Positions 63,951-64,000 of a DNA stretch of 64,000 nucleotides are shown here, piece after piece. The position numbers were made by a program, and so were the translations under genes. Every line of letters begins with the position of its first letter. Position 1 is the stretch's first letter. Source of the DNA: Felis catus (taxonomy: Eukaryota); NCBI RefSeq assembly GCF_018350175.1, contig NC_058368.1, positions 152,336,001-152,400,000 on the forward strand, in the 5' to 3' direction. The notes beneath the pieces were generated by a model. The model saw only the letters and a list, made by a program, of their open reading frames with translations. It searched no databases and was not told the origin of the DNA.

Positions 63951-64000
63951 CTTTTTTTTTAATTATCTTCATATTTATTTATTTTTGAGAGACGGAGCAT
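63951..64000 (-). mobile_element. CanSINE tail, cut by the window edge
   Basis: T-run, atttatttatttttgagagacggagcat. Confidence 0.85.

Noticed and set aside
1..64000. CRISPR array, prokaryotic operon, numt or non-retroviral endogenous viral element
   Set aside because: No regularly spaced repeat-spacer structure, no long ORFs and no mitochondrial- or virus-like coding sequence seen
1..64000. Inferring host-gene strand from repeat orientation
   Set aside because: SINEs are about 14 plus versus 9 minus, and L1/LTR orientations are mixed; too weak to use

Overview
AT-rich, repeat-dense mammalian genomic DNA from a felid: the young tRNA-derived CanSINEs match the cat SINEC_Fc type and one L1 has the feline 3' UTR. 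The window looks intronic or intergenic. I recognise no host protein-coding gene, RNA gene or CpG island. The only protein-like ORF is a disabled L1 ORF2 C-terminus (25944-26768). The window holds about 23 CanSINE copies, many with visible target-site duplications (TSDs), plus a three-level nested L1 stack, two twin-primed (5'-inverted) old L1s, ERV1/ERVL solo LTRs, hAT MITEs, MIR/L2 relics and microsatellites. The most notable items are a two-subfamily SINE heterodimer under one TSD, a tiny inverted triplication, a repeat-free CpG-retaining block at about 49.7-53.8 kb that looks like a conserved regulatory element, and several candidate minus-strand (micro)exons. I found no convincing evidence for a new biological system. 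Repeat family names come from recall of consensus sequences, not from a search, and the boundaries of old repeats are approximate.
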